Shown piece by piece: positions 12,683 to 24,943 of a DNA stretch of 64,000 nucleotides. The position numbers and the translations under genes are program-made. Within the stretch, counting starts at the first letter, position 1; each line of letters opens with the position of its first letter. The stretch is from Blepharisma stoltei ATCC 30299 (taxonomy: Eukaryota; Protista; Ciliophora): the NCBI GenBank assembly GCA_965603825.1, contig CBFDEM010000003.1, forward strand, positions 310,001-374,000, read 5' to 3'. The notes beneath the pieces were generated by a model. The model made no database searches. It was given only the letters and a program-made list of their open reading frames with translations, and was not told the origin of the DNA.

Positions 12683-13978
12683 TTAAAGTTTTGGAATTAT
12701 TTTATTTTTGCTTAGTGCAGTAAGTATGATAAATAACTCTGAAATAAAGCAACAATAGATTATAAACATCATCCCATAAGGAGATTTCCGTCCACCTGTG
12801 TACTCACATATAATTCCATACACAATAGGCGCTGGAAGATATCCTAATAAATTTGTCACAACTGAAGCAAATGAGCTTGCTAATGGCTTCATGTTGTTTT
12901 TGACAGAGCTTATCATAATTCCTGTTAGCACAGGCATAACTCCACCTCCAAAGAATAAAATAAACCAGAAAAGCATTGCAAACATTTCAAGACTTCCGAC
13001 AAATGGCAATGGCAATGCAAAGATACATCCAAGAAACCCAAGTAATCCACATAATTTTTTTGCTCTTTCTCCATTATAGCCGCCGCATCTATGGCATAAA
13101 TAACCCCCTCCAGCAACCCCTAAGGTAGGTGCAGTTAAGCAAGTAACAGCATAAGGCGTAAATATTGAAGTTCCTTTAATTTTAAGCACATTTAATAAAT
13201 AATCAGTTGTTCAGAACTGTGCTCCTGTTACTACAAAATAGCTTGTCATTATCCCACATATTGACCATAAATAAGTAGGATTTGTCAGCAGTTGATAAAT
13301 TTTTTTCTTTAATTTCTTTTTCTCGTGAGTTAAAGATAATAAACTTTCACTTTGCCTTTTTGCAAGAGCATCTTCAGAATAATGTATCATGCTTGATGGG
13401 AAAAATTGCAATATTATTGCACAAGGTATAAATAAAGCGCCTTGTATTATAAAGCTATATTCCCACTAAATACGTTTTACATCCCAATATTCAGTAATGG
13501 CTGCAGTTAGAATATATCCAAACATCATCCCAAATGGAACAGTTAGTTGAAGGTATGTCAGTCATAATGTTTTTTGATTTTCTGAAGCAAAAATATCAAT
13601 TCACGCTGGAATATAAGCGATTAGGAAAACCTGTATATAATTTACTTGGAAAAAGCCTGTCATAAATCTCGATAAATAAACAAGAGCAATGCTATTTGAG
13701 GAGACTGGAAAGAGAGCTATAAAAATACATATTGAAAATAATGCAATCGTTAGGACAAATTTAGGGCTTAGTTTTTGGAAGCAAATTCCTGCAGCAATGC
13801 CGCCGATAGCTATACCTAAAAAGACCAGTGAGCCTAATGCTCCCAATTCCATTTTGCTTAGGCCTAAATCAAATGAGATTTCATTTGTTGCTGCTGGAAT
13901 TGAGCCATGATCCATGTTGATGCACGTATTTACAGTCAAAAATAGTAAAAATATTAAAGTTGTAGCTGCACTTCCCAT
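12683..13978 (-). CDS. Major facilitator superfamily transporter (Spinster-like)
   Basis: NMDHGSIPAA, LGALGSLVFLG, SRFMTGFFQ and LGYLPAPIVYG motifs; about 12 hydrophobic segments; joined by TGA=Trp and two 15-nt introns. Confidence 0.85.
13466..13480 (-). other. 15-nt intron
   Basis: GTAAAACGTATTTAG; splicing restores EYWDWEYSF. Confidence 0.85.
13631..13645 (-). other. Probable 15-nt intron (in frame, no stop)
   Basis: GTAAATTATATACAG; splicing gives FFQVFL instead of FFQVNYIQVFL. Confidence 0.65.
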
Positions 13979-14260
13979 TTGTTGCTCCTGTTTAATTAAT
14001 TCAATTTAGAGTTTAATGGCATATTTATGATAAAAGCTCAGAAATTGCTATCATGAAAATAGCAGTCTAAATAAATAAGCTATATCATGATTTTATTTTC
14101 GTCTAAATCTAAATATTTTAATAAAAGTTGAAATTTACAGAAGCAAAAATTAGCCACCACCTCGGTAATTTTACACATGAAACTTTTTTGGAAAATTTAG
14201 TTAGTTTTAATATCTGAAAAATGATTAGTTTATATAATAAAATCGTAAAAATTGCAATCG

Positions 14261-15094
14261 TTATGCATTATTTGGTGATCCAGAAAATTCATCAATTGAT
14301 GGAGGAGTATATGATACCTCATAAAAAGCGTTCAGTGAATTTCTATATATTCTCGGTGATTTCGAGTGTGTTTTATTTATCGTATCCTCATATTTCTTTG
14401 ATCTAATCGATGAAATTTCAGGGAAAATTGAAGATTTTTTATTTCCGATTACAAAATCTCCATCAAGTTCAGAATCTTTTTGCCTCTTTCTCATAATATT
14501 TGTGAATTCATTATAAGGCTCAGAAATGTATTCAAAATTTGTAAAAAATGTTGTATCTTGCTTAATTCTTGATATAAAAGGCTTTGAATTTGACTTGCTG
14601 ATTTGGCCAGTAGGTGTTACTGCATTTGTATTTCCTATTACACCAGTTGAATTCAAGCTCATCTTCTCATTAAGTGGTTTCTTTGAAAACTTAAAAGTTA
14701 GGGGTCCAATGATTTTGTTTTTATCATTTTTTCTCAAAGTTTGCATAAAATTTGCTTCATTATAAGGATCATTAATTTTTTCTCTCATCAAAGATTTTGA
14801 TCTGAATTTTACTTTTTTCGGGATTGGGCTATGTTTTAGCTCATCCCTGAATCTATAGGACAAAGGAGATACATTTGGTATAGTCCCATTCTTAATTACT
14901 GCTTAATAAATACCCTCATAAAGATCTTCATTAAGACTTGTTTGTTCTCATAAAGCAAGGCGTTCTTTAAACCTATCAGTTAATAAACTATTTTTTCTTT
15001 CCCTAATCTCTTTTAATTTGTCTTTATATTTTTCTTGATACTTCTTGGCTTCCTCGATATTAGATTGCCTTTTATGAAGATATCGGTTAAACAT
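14261..15094 (-). CDS. Hypothetical protein
   Basis: ATG 15094 joins ORF 14261..14863 through one TGA and intron 14899-14913. Confidence 0.65.
14899..14913 (-). other. 15-nt intron
   Basis: GTATTTATTAAGCAG; removes an in-frame TAA. Confidence 0.75.
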
Positions 15095-15197
15095 AGCTTT
15101 TATAATTTTATTTAAATTATGCAAAGTATCAATATAAAATATTCATAATAATTTTAAATTAGATAATCCAAAAAAATGTGTCATTTAGTTGTTTCTG

Positions 15198-15947
15198 TTA
15201 CCTATATCTATCAGAATATCGCAGATGAATTAAGCCATCTACGCTGGCTAAGCGTTTGAGGTTTTTCAGGCTTTCGCTGTAGTTTATATGCAATCCATCT
15301 GTTTTATAAATATATATATTTTGGTTTTTAGAAATTCCAAGCATTCTTTTCATAATCAGCACCAGTTGCGTCCCACTGCATTCTTCAAAGATTTTAACTT
15401 TATTCTTTTTTAGACTAGGAATTCTAGAATCATTTTTCGGCATCAATTTAAGTCCTATGAAGCCTTCTTCAACCTGGTTTGGGATCGGACAAGGCTGGAT
15501 ATATTCATCTAATATGACTGAATCTTCTTTTTTAGTCTGGTTAATAGAATCATATATAAACTTCAAAAAGCCATCATCTGACTTCAGACGCATATAAAGA
15601 GTTTCAATACTTGTGCAGTTTCGGGTCACGCTTTCTCCTTCTAAATACAGATTAATTTGTTCCTTGACTATAAAATAAATCATATCAGTCAGATTTACAG
15701 GTGTTATTGATTTAGGCAATATGAAAGTCCCTTCTGCTGCCGATGAAATTCTTGAGTTTTTTGCTTTTTCGATGGTGATAGGTATATCATCTGGATTTTT
15801 TGTAAAGATGCTTTCTTCATTTGCATCAGATCTCGCTGGATAAGTTTTATTTCCCATTTTAATTGCTATATTTTCGAATAAGCTTTTTATGAAAGTGAAT
15901 AGCACACTAAAACGTTTATCAATCCTTTCTGGAAGCTTTAAGCCCAT
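15198..15947 (-). CDS. Protein with two tandem Atg8/Atg12-like ubiquitin-fold domains
   Basis: KNPDDIPITIEKAKNSRI...TFILPKSIT...LYMRLKSDDGFLKFIY and NDSRIPSLKKNKVKI...IMKRMLGISKNQNIYIY...SVDGLIHLRYS both resemble Atg8 (PDRIPVIVEK...KYLVP...DGFLYxxYS). The start could alternatively be MGNK at 15857. Confidence 0.6.
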   Translation of the reverse strand: MGLKLPERIDKRFSVLFTFIKSLFENIAIKMGNKTYPARSDANEESIFTKNPDDIPITIEKAKNSRISSAAEGTFILPKSITPVNLTDMIYFIVKEQINLYLEGESVTRNCTSIETLYMRLKSDDGFLKFIYDSINQTKKEDSVILDEYIQPCPIPNQVEEGFIGLKLMPKNDSRIPSLKKNKVKIFEECSGTQLVLIMKRMLGISKNQNIYIYKTDGLHINYSESLKNLKRLASVDGLIHLRYSDRYR

Positions 15948-15981
15948 ACACCTATATTTTATTAATCTCTAAGTTAGAAGA

Positions 15982-16446
15982 TTAAAAGTCCGCCCTGCGG
16001 GCAATACGATTGCATTCTTCTAGAACGCGATTTCTCTCTGCTCCAAGCTCAAATTCAGTCCCCACATTGAGCATCTCAAAAAATCTTCTATTATGCTGGC
16101 TGAATCTTTTGCCGATTTGCCAATAATAAACTACAGGCCAAGCCATAAATAATGGGGTGAAGACAAGCTTCTTGCGTCTCCAGCTGACCAAAAGTTGTAA
16201 TGCATTGCCCACAAACATTCCATCGAAAAAGGATCTTAAATTAACTGCGAACCTGTATTCTCTTTTTACTATGTAAGCCCAATCTCTCTCTGCATCAGTT
16301 TTATAGGTATCTAGATTCTTGTTTAAGGCCCAATCCTTGATAAATTTCATGCGCAAGTTATCGCATACGTGATCTGCTTCTCTTTGATCATCAGGAGCGA
16401 GATCAGTCTTCTCCTTATAGAAGTACTCTTCATCCATTACGCCCAT
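15982..16446 (-). CDS. Small membrane protein, possibly a ciliate mitochondrial inner-membrane/respiratory-complex accessory subunit
   Basis: Intact 154-aa ORF with a central hydrophobic hairpin; all Trp codons are TGG. Function is inferred only. Confidence 0.55.
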   Translation of the reverse strand: MGVMDEEYFYKEKTDLAPDDQREADHVCDNLRMKFIKDWALNKNLDTYKTDAERDWAYIVKREYRFAVNLRSFFDGMFVGNALQLLVSWRRKKLVFTPLFMAWPVVYYWQIGKRFSQHNRRFFEMLNVGTEFELGAERNRVLEECNRIARRADF

Positions 16447-16543
16447 GGTATTAAATGATAAGCTAAATTTATATTAAATAAAAACCTTCGACAAGATATA
16501 TGATTCATATAATATTAGATAAAACAAACTAGTTTATTGTGTT

Positions 16544-17839
16544 TTAATCTAAAGTCGGAACTGGCCAATCATCGCACTCTACGACCATTTTTTTGTGCTC
16601 GTTAATTTGGAATTCGTGAAGAGAAGTTTGCATAAGTCTATATTGATAAATCTCTTGCCTATGTATAAGTCTTTTAAGGAAAAAATATTGGTCACTTGTC
16701 ATGAATTTAGGGTAAAAATAAGTTTTAAGCTTTTCTATTACTGAATTTTCTGCTTTGTTAAATAGGTTGGCATCGGTGAAATCGCCATTTTCTATTTCAA
16801 GATAAACTTCGGCTGGAATATGAACTATTTTTGTTTCTAAATAATCTTCAAATATGTTTTCTGCTAAGTTCGAGCTGCCACTATTAGCAAAAAGTCTGCA
16901 TTTTAAATAAAATTCAAGCATGCTTAATCCAGAACCACAGTTTATGGATCCAAAACTTCGAGTTGTTGTTAATTCTTCAAGTCTTAGGAACTCTTCAAAA
17001 GCTTCCAAAGTGGCCGCATTTTGCAATGTCAGCTCTAAAGAGCTTAGCATTTCTATCGTGAGAGGCTCAAATAAAGGTTTATTGAAAAACGATCATATAA
17101 CAGGAACTAATGATGATCTTAACATAAGTAAAATATTTCTTATTACATAAGGAATAGCTCAAATAACTTTAGATGATCTAATGTATATGGAAAATGCTGG
17201 GGTTAAAAATCAGATAATTCCAACATAGAACAGTTCATTACTCATATTAAAATCATCGCTAATATCTTTAATTGCATATATTCCAGCTATCATAATTAAT
17301 TCTTCAGTAAAACAAACAAATGTGTAAACACAATCAGGAATATCAACCCAATCATTTTTCGGTCTGCTTAAATTTAATGGGAAATATTTATCAGCATCTT
17401 TTCAAAACAAGCATATAATGCAAGCTGTAATGACTGGTATCATGCAGAAACAAAGCATTTTTACAAGCCATCTTTGTCGAGTTCTATGAATATTTTGTTT
17501 AAATCGATTATTTTGTATTTCTCAGTCTTTATCTAAGTGGAAAATAAAATACAATCTATAGCATCTCAAAATATAGGGAAAATACACAAGATAATGAGCT
17601 ATTAAAGCTGCGACTTGATAGAGCCGATTTTCATAATAGTCAAGTTCATATGGGTTGAGATATCCTTCTATTATAATTGGAAATGTTAATAAAGTCTCCA
17701 ATAAGTTTGATCAATGTGTAATATAAATCAATACAGGAGATCTAGATTTTATATTCCTCTCTTTTCTTCTTTTGTAGAGCATTATCCCAATCCCTACATA
17801 GACTAAAAATGCAAATGCTACGATAATATATAATAGCAT
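16544..17839 (-). CDS. 7TM-RGS protein (multi-pass membrane N-half plus C-terminal RGS domain), ~431 aa
   Basis: With TGA=Trp the frame opens from ATG 17839: IKSRSPVL, YILRCYRLYFIF, DDFNMSNEL and about 7 hydrophobic helices, then RGS-like LELTLQN...AFEEFL...LEFYLKC...AENIFEDYL...LFNKAE...FYPKFMTSDQY. Confidence 0.8.
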
Positions 17840-18102
17840 TTATTAAGTAGAGAAATTATTAAAAGGAGTAATGAAATAAAGAAAAACAAAATAATTTTAT
17901 AGAGTTCTTTATAATTAAATGCTAAAAATTAGTTTTTATAATAGGTGAAAATATGACATGATTTTTTTACTAATCTCTTGTTTAACATTTAAATTTTAAA
18001 ATCAGACTAATTTATAAGATAAAATATATGACTCGACTAACGCAAATTTTCATTTATTGTTTTTTTAGTTGAAATATCCTATATTCAATTCTAATAATTT
18101 AA

Positions 18103-19008
18103 ATGCATCAGCACTCTGTGAATTTACGACTTCCACTGCTTGAAAATGAGGAGATAAGAGCTCTAACAGATCGTCCCTGTTCACATACAAATAAACTCGT
18201 TGAAGAAGCCTTTTTTTCAAGCCGAACTCAGAATAAAGACCTTGATGAGTCTGATTGGAGTTCTATCAGTCTTCTTCAAAAAGAAATAAAAGAAGCGTCT
18301 AATGCTTTAAAAGGATATGACTGGCATAAGAAAAAAGTTTCACATTTTAATCCTGATGCTCGATACCCCTCAAGCGGAAAAATTCAAATTCCAAAAATTG
18401 AAAAACTGGAAAGAGAGTTAAAAGAAAAACAGAAAATTATCAATGAATTGAGAAAAAAAAATTATGAGCTTGAAAGAGCTATCAGAGAGCTACAGTATGA
18501 TAAGTAAGAGTAAGATAGAGAAGAGCTTACTAAAATCAATTTAAAATTGAGCAATGAGCTGAACGAAGCAATTATAGCGTGTCAAAAAAAATCTGTAAGA
18601 ATAAATTAGAAAACGATAGACAAGGATGAGAAAAAATTACCAGATATTTTGAAATATACACACTTTTTGATGAAAAGTTTAAAAGAAAATAATGAGTTTA
18701 GGATATTATTTGAAGACAGAATTACACCGACAAATTATTTATCTTTTATTATGGAAGAGAAATATGACACAGCTTTGCTGATATCATTGCAAATTTTAAG
18801 CGATGTAATCGTACATTTGATGCCTCTACAGTTGTCATCGAAAGAATATGAAAGTGAGGATAAAAATTATGAAAACAAAAATGAAGACGTGAGCATGACA
18901 ATTACATCTGACGACAGTAGCTTGATATTTCATCAAATAGATGCACAAAGCCAACGAATGGTGAAATTGAATCAAGAAATTGCTCATGCGATGGGTAAAA
19001 TAAAATAA
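18103..19008 (+). CDS. Coiled-coil hypothetical protein
   Basis: ORFs 18103 and 18649 joined by introns 18504-18518 and 18595-18609. Confidence 0.7.
18504..18518 (+). other. 15-nt intron
   Basis: GTAAGAGTAAGATAG; removes an in-frame TAA. Confidence 0.8.
18595..18609 (+). other. 15-nt intron
   Basis: GTAAGAATAAATTAG; removes an in-frame TAG. Confidence 0.8.
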
Positions 19009-19068
19009 AATTATATTAAGCAGGATTATTTATCAAAATCTTTTGTTTTTGCATTTTTCTTGATGAAA

Positions 19069-21018
19069 TTAAAAAAGGTTCTTACAAAAAATGCAGGTTT
19101 CTGCACACTTCTTATGAGTATGATGTCCGCATCTTCTTAATATAAATGGAAATCCCTCAAGCGGCCCTGCACATTTTTGGCACAGGAATGTTTCATCGAT
19201 TACATAAGGCTGTAAAATTTCTTCATATAGCATTTTGAAATATTCTGGGATTTCTTTTTTAGCAGATCTTGAAGCTGCAGTATAAGCTTTCAAATAGCTT
19301 CCTAAAGACATTATTAGATTTTTTATTTCGTCATCACATCCTTCAATATCAATTTCTTGGATAAATTCAACTGGGTTTGGATGGTATTTTAAAGCCCCAA
19401 TAACTGCTTTTTTCTTTGTGAAATTATCTTTTGCTTCAGAAAATGTTTGCTTCCACAATTCTGGAAATTGACCAATATGTTTTAGTCTTAAATCGAAATT
19501 ATCAACCAAATCTTCATATTTAATTTTTTCTTTTTTCACCTTAAAATACTCACTTGCTTTGGTTTTATCAATTTCAAATAAAATTGAGATATAAGAAGGA
19601 TTGCTTCCAACAAATTCAATTGTATCTGGGTGTTCACTTAGGATTTTAAAACAATGGTGTGACCTTACTTCTAACGAAATTTCCAAAGCTTCAATGATTT
19701 TTCCATGCTTTAAAAAATAGCTGTTAACTTCATCTTGAAAGAGTTTTGGAATGCTTTTATACAAGAAAACCGCTTTTGTTACAACATGTGGAGGGATTTT
19801 GTCTATAATATACTGAAACTGTATTAGTTCTTTATGATCAAGCACCTGTGTGAGTATTTCTTCAAGCATTTTTTCATCTTCAGGAAGAGGCATATTCATA
19901 ACTATCAGACACACCATTTTCTTTAACAAAAATTCTTGAATAATAAAATTCCATACTTGAGAACTATAAGGAATACCAATGGCAAGCTGCGAGGCTTCAT
20001 GCATCGAATTATTTTGAATAAGACCGACAACTTGCGATTCCATTATTGGAATCCTGTCAAGTTTGAATTTGCTTGCAAGCTCATATGCTTGATTATATTT
20101 CTTCTTTTCAATCAAATGAAGCAGCTTATCTTTTGCTGTTAAAGGTGAAATTTTATAAATTTCAGTTTCTCCAACTAAATAAAAAGGTGAGTTAGATTGA
20201 TTGTAAGACAGGAGAAACTTATTAACAGGGGCTTTTGCAGCAAATGTTAATTCTTGTTGCAAGGAGTACACCGATAAATTATTGGTATCAATTTCTAATA
20301 AATATAATTGATTAAATGACCCAATTGCTATAGGAATTGTAGATGTCATTATTGATTTTATATGCCTAAAAGTATCAAAGCCTTGATTTTGAGAATATTC
20401 CAGCACATGAACAGCAGTCCCAGCTGACACAAAGCACATAGCAGCTGATGCCCAATGTATCAAGCATTTCGAGTTATCAGCAATAGTAAGTGAATGAGTA
20501 GTTTTTTCTTGCAATAAATTAAAGAACTCTACTTTCGAATTCAATGAGAAACAAACTAAATGGTGATGAATTATCATATCTTTCAGCCCATTAATTCCAC
20601 TTTTCACAGCTCTTTTTGAAACTCTTACTCATCCTTTTTGCATTAAAATTAATTCTGTTTCAGTCGCACAAATAATTGCTAATTGCCCCAAATCTTTATT
20701 AGCAATCCCGACTTTCATAGGATTCGCAACATCGACATTCATTACCTCTGCCGCTTGTTCTGAATCATACGCAATAACCTTATTTTCAGTGCAGCAAGCT
20801 ACCAAATTTCCTTGAGTTGCTACATGTTTGATTTTCGTATATGGGCCGATCAATTCTGCTTCTTTTGCTTGTATGTTTAGTAAATGAATAAAACCTTTAT
20901 TTGTCCCCAGTGCTACATATTTCTGAGATATAGCTGCAGAAGTGATTATGTCGTCCTGCCTAATCAGCTCTTGTGAAAAAGCTTGGGCATAAACAGCAAA
21001 AGTAAACAATTCGACCAT
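19069..21018 (-). CDS. VPS41: Vps41-like HOPS subunit (WD40 propeller, alpha-solenoid, C-terminal RING-H2)
   Basis: ITSAAISQKYVALGTNKGFIHLL N-terminus; DKLLHLIEKKKYNQAYELA; CQKC...CGHHTHKKC; one TGA at 20629. Confidence 0.7.
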
Positions 21019-21030
21019 TTTTTTATATTT

Positions 21031-21813
21031 TTACAATGTGTTATCATTATCTCCCTTACCACAAGAATTATTTCTGTTGATGAGATTCAATGCGTCTTCC
21101 ATTGAAAGTCGTTTGTCCTGGTTAGGTTCTAACATCCCTAAAATTGCTTCCTTTATATTGCTGCAAAAATCTAATTTGTTGAGTTGTTCCTCTACGAATT
21201 TCCGAACAAAATTATCATCTCTCCTGTTTAAATCTGGAAACCTTACACCGCATAAGAGCTCCAAAAAGGTTTTTCCTAACGCCCAAACGTCTTCCTTTTT
21301 TGCGTCAATCCTACCATTTCACAGCCCTCCTTCGTAGTGCATAATATAAGCTCTGCTCATATATGATTTTGTTCCTCGGTTAATTTGTAATTCGTATTCT
21401 TCGTTTATAGAGGCGGCTTCTCCAAAGTCTCCGATCTTGAATTTTCCATCGTGATAGAAAATATTTGAAGGTTTAAGGTCTCTATGGACTATATCTGAAT
21501 CATGGAGAATTTTCATTGTGTTCAATGTGGACTTTATAAGATCTTCCAATTTTTTGGATTTTCCTTTGAAATCGTAATCTTCTGTTGTATATCGGCATCG
21601 TTGAAGTAAAATCCCAGGCTCACCATTATAGCTATTTGCACCTAAAATTTTAACAACCCCTCCCGGGCATAGTTTGAAAGCTTTCATATGTATTCGAGCT
21701 TCGTTGATGGATCCTTCGTGGTAAAGCTTTAAAACGAGTTTGCCGTATTGTTTAGAGTTTAAAAAGTATAACTTTGTGCCATTTGTAACTAATGAATATG
21801 CTAATTCAATCAT
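21031..21813 (-). CDS. Minimal, divergent Ser/Thr protein kinase
   Basis: LVLK, HRDLKPSNI, KIGDFG, GTKSYMS and DVWALG; one TGA at 21319; lacks a canonical GxGxxG loop and APE. Confidence 0.85.
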
Positions 21814-22518
21814 CTATAATTTTAATATAATTATATGTAAAAAGGGATAAAGTAATAGAGATTATTAAAATGGGCGTTTTAAAATCTTTTAAATTAGATT
21901 GGCTAGATTCTTTTTAAGAATATATGGCTATTTCATGATTATTTTCAAGTATAGGTATTTGGAATTTGAAAATTAAGACTTGTATGGAAATCAGAAAAAA
22001 AAGATTTTTAAAAAAAGAATGAAACTGCAATCGTCAAAGAAGAACACTGCTAAGGTGCAAAATTTTATTAGCAGTTGAAAATAAAAATTGAATTTAACAC
22101 TGTGATATAATCAATTACGATTTTAATCCTTTTCTCTTATAAGAATTTTATTTCTGATATTAATCATTTGTTTGCTTTTTGTCAATAATTCACAATATTT
22201 GAGGGTTTTCTTCTTGATGAAATTCTTAAACCCTGAATTATTCTTGAAAAAGGTAAGACTATTAAAGCTTTAAGTCAATTTTTAATTTTGCAAAATGCTT
22301 CCCTTTGCGGACAAAGTTATTCCCTATTATCCTATTAAGGTTAATAGCTATGCATAATTAATTGCTATTGAAGCCATTAGAGGATTGCACATACAAAATA
22401 GTTTAAATTTAATAAAAGTGATCATATAGGAATATGCTTTAAAAATTGAAAATATCTAGAAGAAATGGATTCACCTAAATTAATTTCTAGCGCAATAATG
22501 AACAATATACGATTTAAA

Positions 22519-24069
22519 TTATCTTCGATTAGCTATTTCTGCAAAGAAATCTTCAAACTCATCTCTTTGTTGGGCTTGAGGAGGCTGGACATAAGGCTGA
22601 GGGAATGGTTGTTGAAGATATCCTTGATTAAGCTGAGGATTATATAGAGGCTGAGGCATAGGCTGGCTTTGATAAACTGGAGGATAGCCTATTGGTACTT
22701 GAGGTGGGGCTTGCATTTGAGGATTAAATCCAGGAGTTTGATAAGCAGGCTGAACTGGAGGTTGCATAGGCTGAGAAAAAATAGATTGCAAGTCATATGG
22801 GTTTTCTTGCTCTCTATGAGGGGTTGGAGTATAATCTTCAGCTTCATCAAGTAATAAATCTGGTAAAGGAGCAAGCTTTCTCCCAGGATGAGGAGGTTCT
22901 TCTATTTTTGGAATTTCAGGAGGCGGAGTTTTAGGTTGTGCTCTAATTTCTGGTATTCTCTCTGGCTCAGGTTGTCTTCCCCAAACATATTTTTCTAGTT
23001 TATCTAAAGGATTTTCCTGAATTTCTAAAAAATCTTCACCGAGATCCAACAAATTATCTTCATTATTTGTTTTGCCCTTCAGCACATCAACTACTTCTTT
23101 GTTTGACCCTCCTCTTTTAATAACTCCTACAGCAGTTTTAAAGCTTTCCATTTTCGAATTTATAAAATCCATGATCCCTAATAGCTCGACAGTCTCTCTT
23201 TCATCTGTACTGTTAGAGGCTTTATAAGAAATGACCCAAATTAATTTCTTTTGTGCGGATCTGCAGTTTCTTACGACTTCTTTTACACTTGGCTCTTGAA
23301 GTTCTCTGACATCTCTAGTTCTAGCAATTATATCTTCTAGCATAGGTAAGTTTCTCTTCAAAGCATCAATGTCGCTTTGCATTAGTTTTGGCTCTTCATC
23401 TTCGTCAAGCCCTCCTCTAGCTGGGACTTTTGCTCTTGGAGGTGTTACCTTTCGAGGCAAGACGTCCCTTTCTGATGATCCTTTAAGCTGCTGCTCCATA
23501 TCAGCTAATTCAAAAGCAGGGGATGGGTCTCCATCAAATTTGATCATAAATCTTTCATTAGGATCTCTTGCTGGGAATTTCAATCCTTCTTTTCTTAATT
23601 CTCTATAAATTTTCATAAAGGATGGGTATGTGTCTTCATGCATCATAAAGGTGTCTGCCCAGAGCTGAATTAAGCACAAAACGCGGTCTTCAACTTTTCT
23701 TCAGCCAGGATTCTTGTAGAGTCCAGCCATCTTTTCAACCAGATTTAGCTTTCTTCTTCGTCTTTTAAGAAGCTGCGTGAAACTTGGAATAAATTCACGA
23801 TTGCTCAAATAGCGATGAAAATGACTATTACAATTTTTTACACAAGTTTCTAGGAGAGATAATGTAAGCTCAATGGTTTTCAGATCTGTTGATCTAAAAA
23901 GCTGTTTAAAATACTCAATTCCTTCTAGACAACTAAGTAAATGTTACTAGCGGCGGCGAGAATTCATGCGATCTGAAATTTCAAGGTTTAAACCATAGTC
24001 AGGCTCCTTTAATTCGTCAGAGGTGGCTTTTTCAAAGAGATCTATTAATTTGGGCCCGTGCTGCGACAT
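22519..24069 (-). CDS. VHS-domain (Tom1/GGA-like) protein with a probable GAT region and Pro/Gln-rich tail
   Basis: FEKATSDELKEPDYGLNLEISDRMN, LSLLETCVKNCNSHFH and LIQLWADTF; intron 23933-23947; one TGA. Confidence 0.85.
23933..23947 (-). other. 15-nt intron
   Basis: GTAACATTTACTTAG; removes in-frame stops inside the VHS domain. Confidence 0.85.
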
Positions 24070-24943
24070 ATATATTAGTAGATAATTTACTTGAATTTTA
24101 AAAAGCCAGTGATCTTAATTAGAATAAATTATTTCTCTGGTAGAATATACTGAGTTTTTTTGGATAATATAGTTATCTGCATTAATTAAGCTTTGAAGGC
24201 TCATTATTTAAACAGTAATAAATTTAAATTTAAAGATATGAAATGTTAGAATATTAATGCATGCTTTAATTTAGTGACAGCAGAAGCTCACCAAAAGCTA
24301 TTTAGGATTTTCCAAACTTATAAACTCAATCTCCTCTTAAATCTGTATGGTAATTCCCTTGATGCTTTTTATTATTTTTTTTTATTTTTCTTTAGTCGAT
24401 ATTTTCTACAATTCTTTGCGCAAATTTATAAAGTTAGAGTGAACATGGAGCAAACTAATATCATTTTACTTAGTTATTATTTTGTATTCAGCAAATAATC
24501 ATTTATTCTATATCTATAATAAATTCAAGTTATTATTAAGTGAAATATTTAATAATTTCTCAGCAATATTTATAACGCTTTAATTTAAAAATTTATTTCA
24601 GAGTTTGATTTTGAATTATAATTCTTCTTGGGAAAAAATAAGCAAATTTAGCTGATGTATATATTATTTTATAGAGAATGCAATGTTTATGTACTGAGCA
24701 GTTTTTAGTTAATTAAATTCAACTTCTTTCCAAATCTTAATAAAATAAAATAAGCATATAAAAATTCAACCAAGGCACAAGTTAATTTACTTACAACTCA
24801 CTGTTTCTTTCATAATTATATTTTAAAATGCTTAAATAAAAAATAAAAAATCTAGAATTGCATTTTCTCCATACTTTTTAATTTCAATATACAGCAATCA
24901 AATAAATTCTTTCGTAAACTTTTAATATCACTATAATATATAT

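Noticed and set aside
21814-22518. Long intergenic stretch, possibly an IES, ncRNA or gene remnant
   Set aside because: Only short ORFs without motifs; I saw no terminal inverted or TA-bounded repeats and no recognisable RNA structure.
24070-24943. ORF 24274..24498 and the AT-rich spacer
   Set aside because: Low-complexity AT-rich sequence with a non-ATG start; most likely a divergent promoter region.
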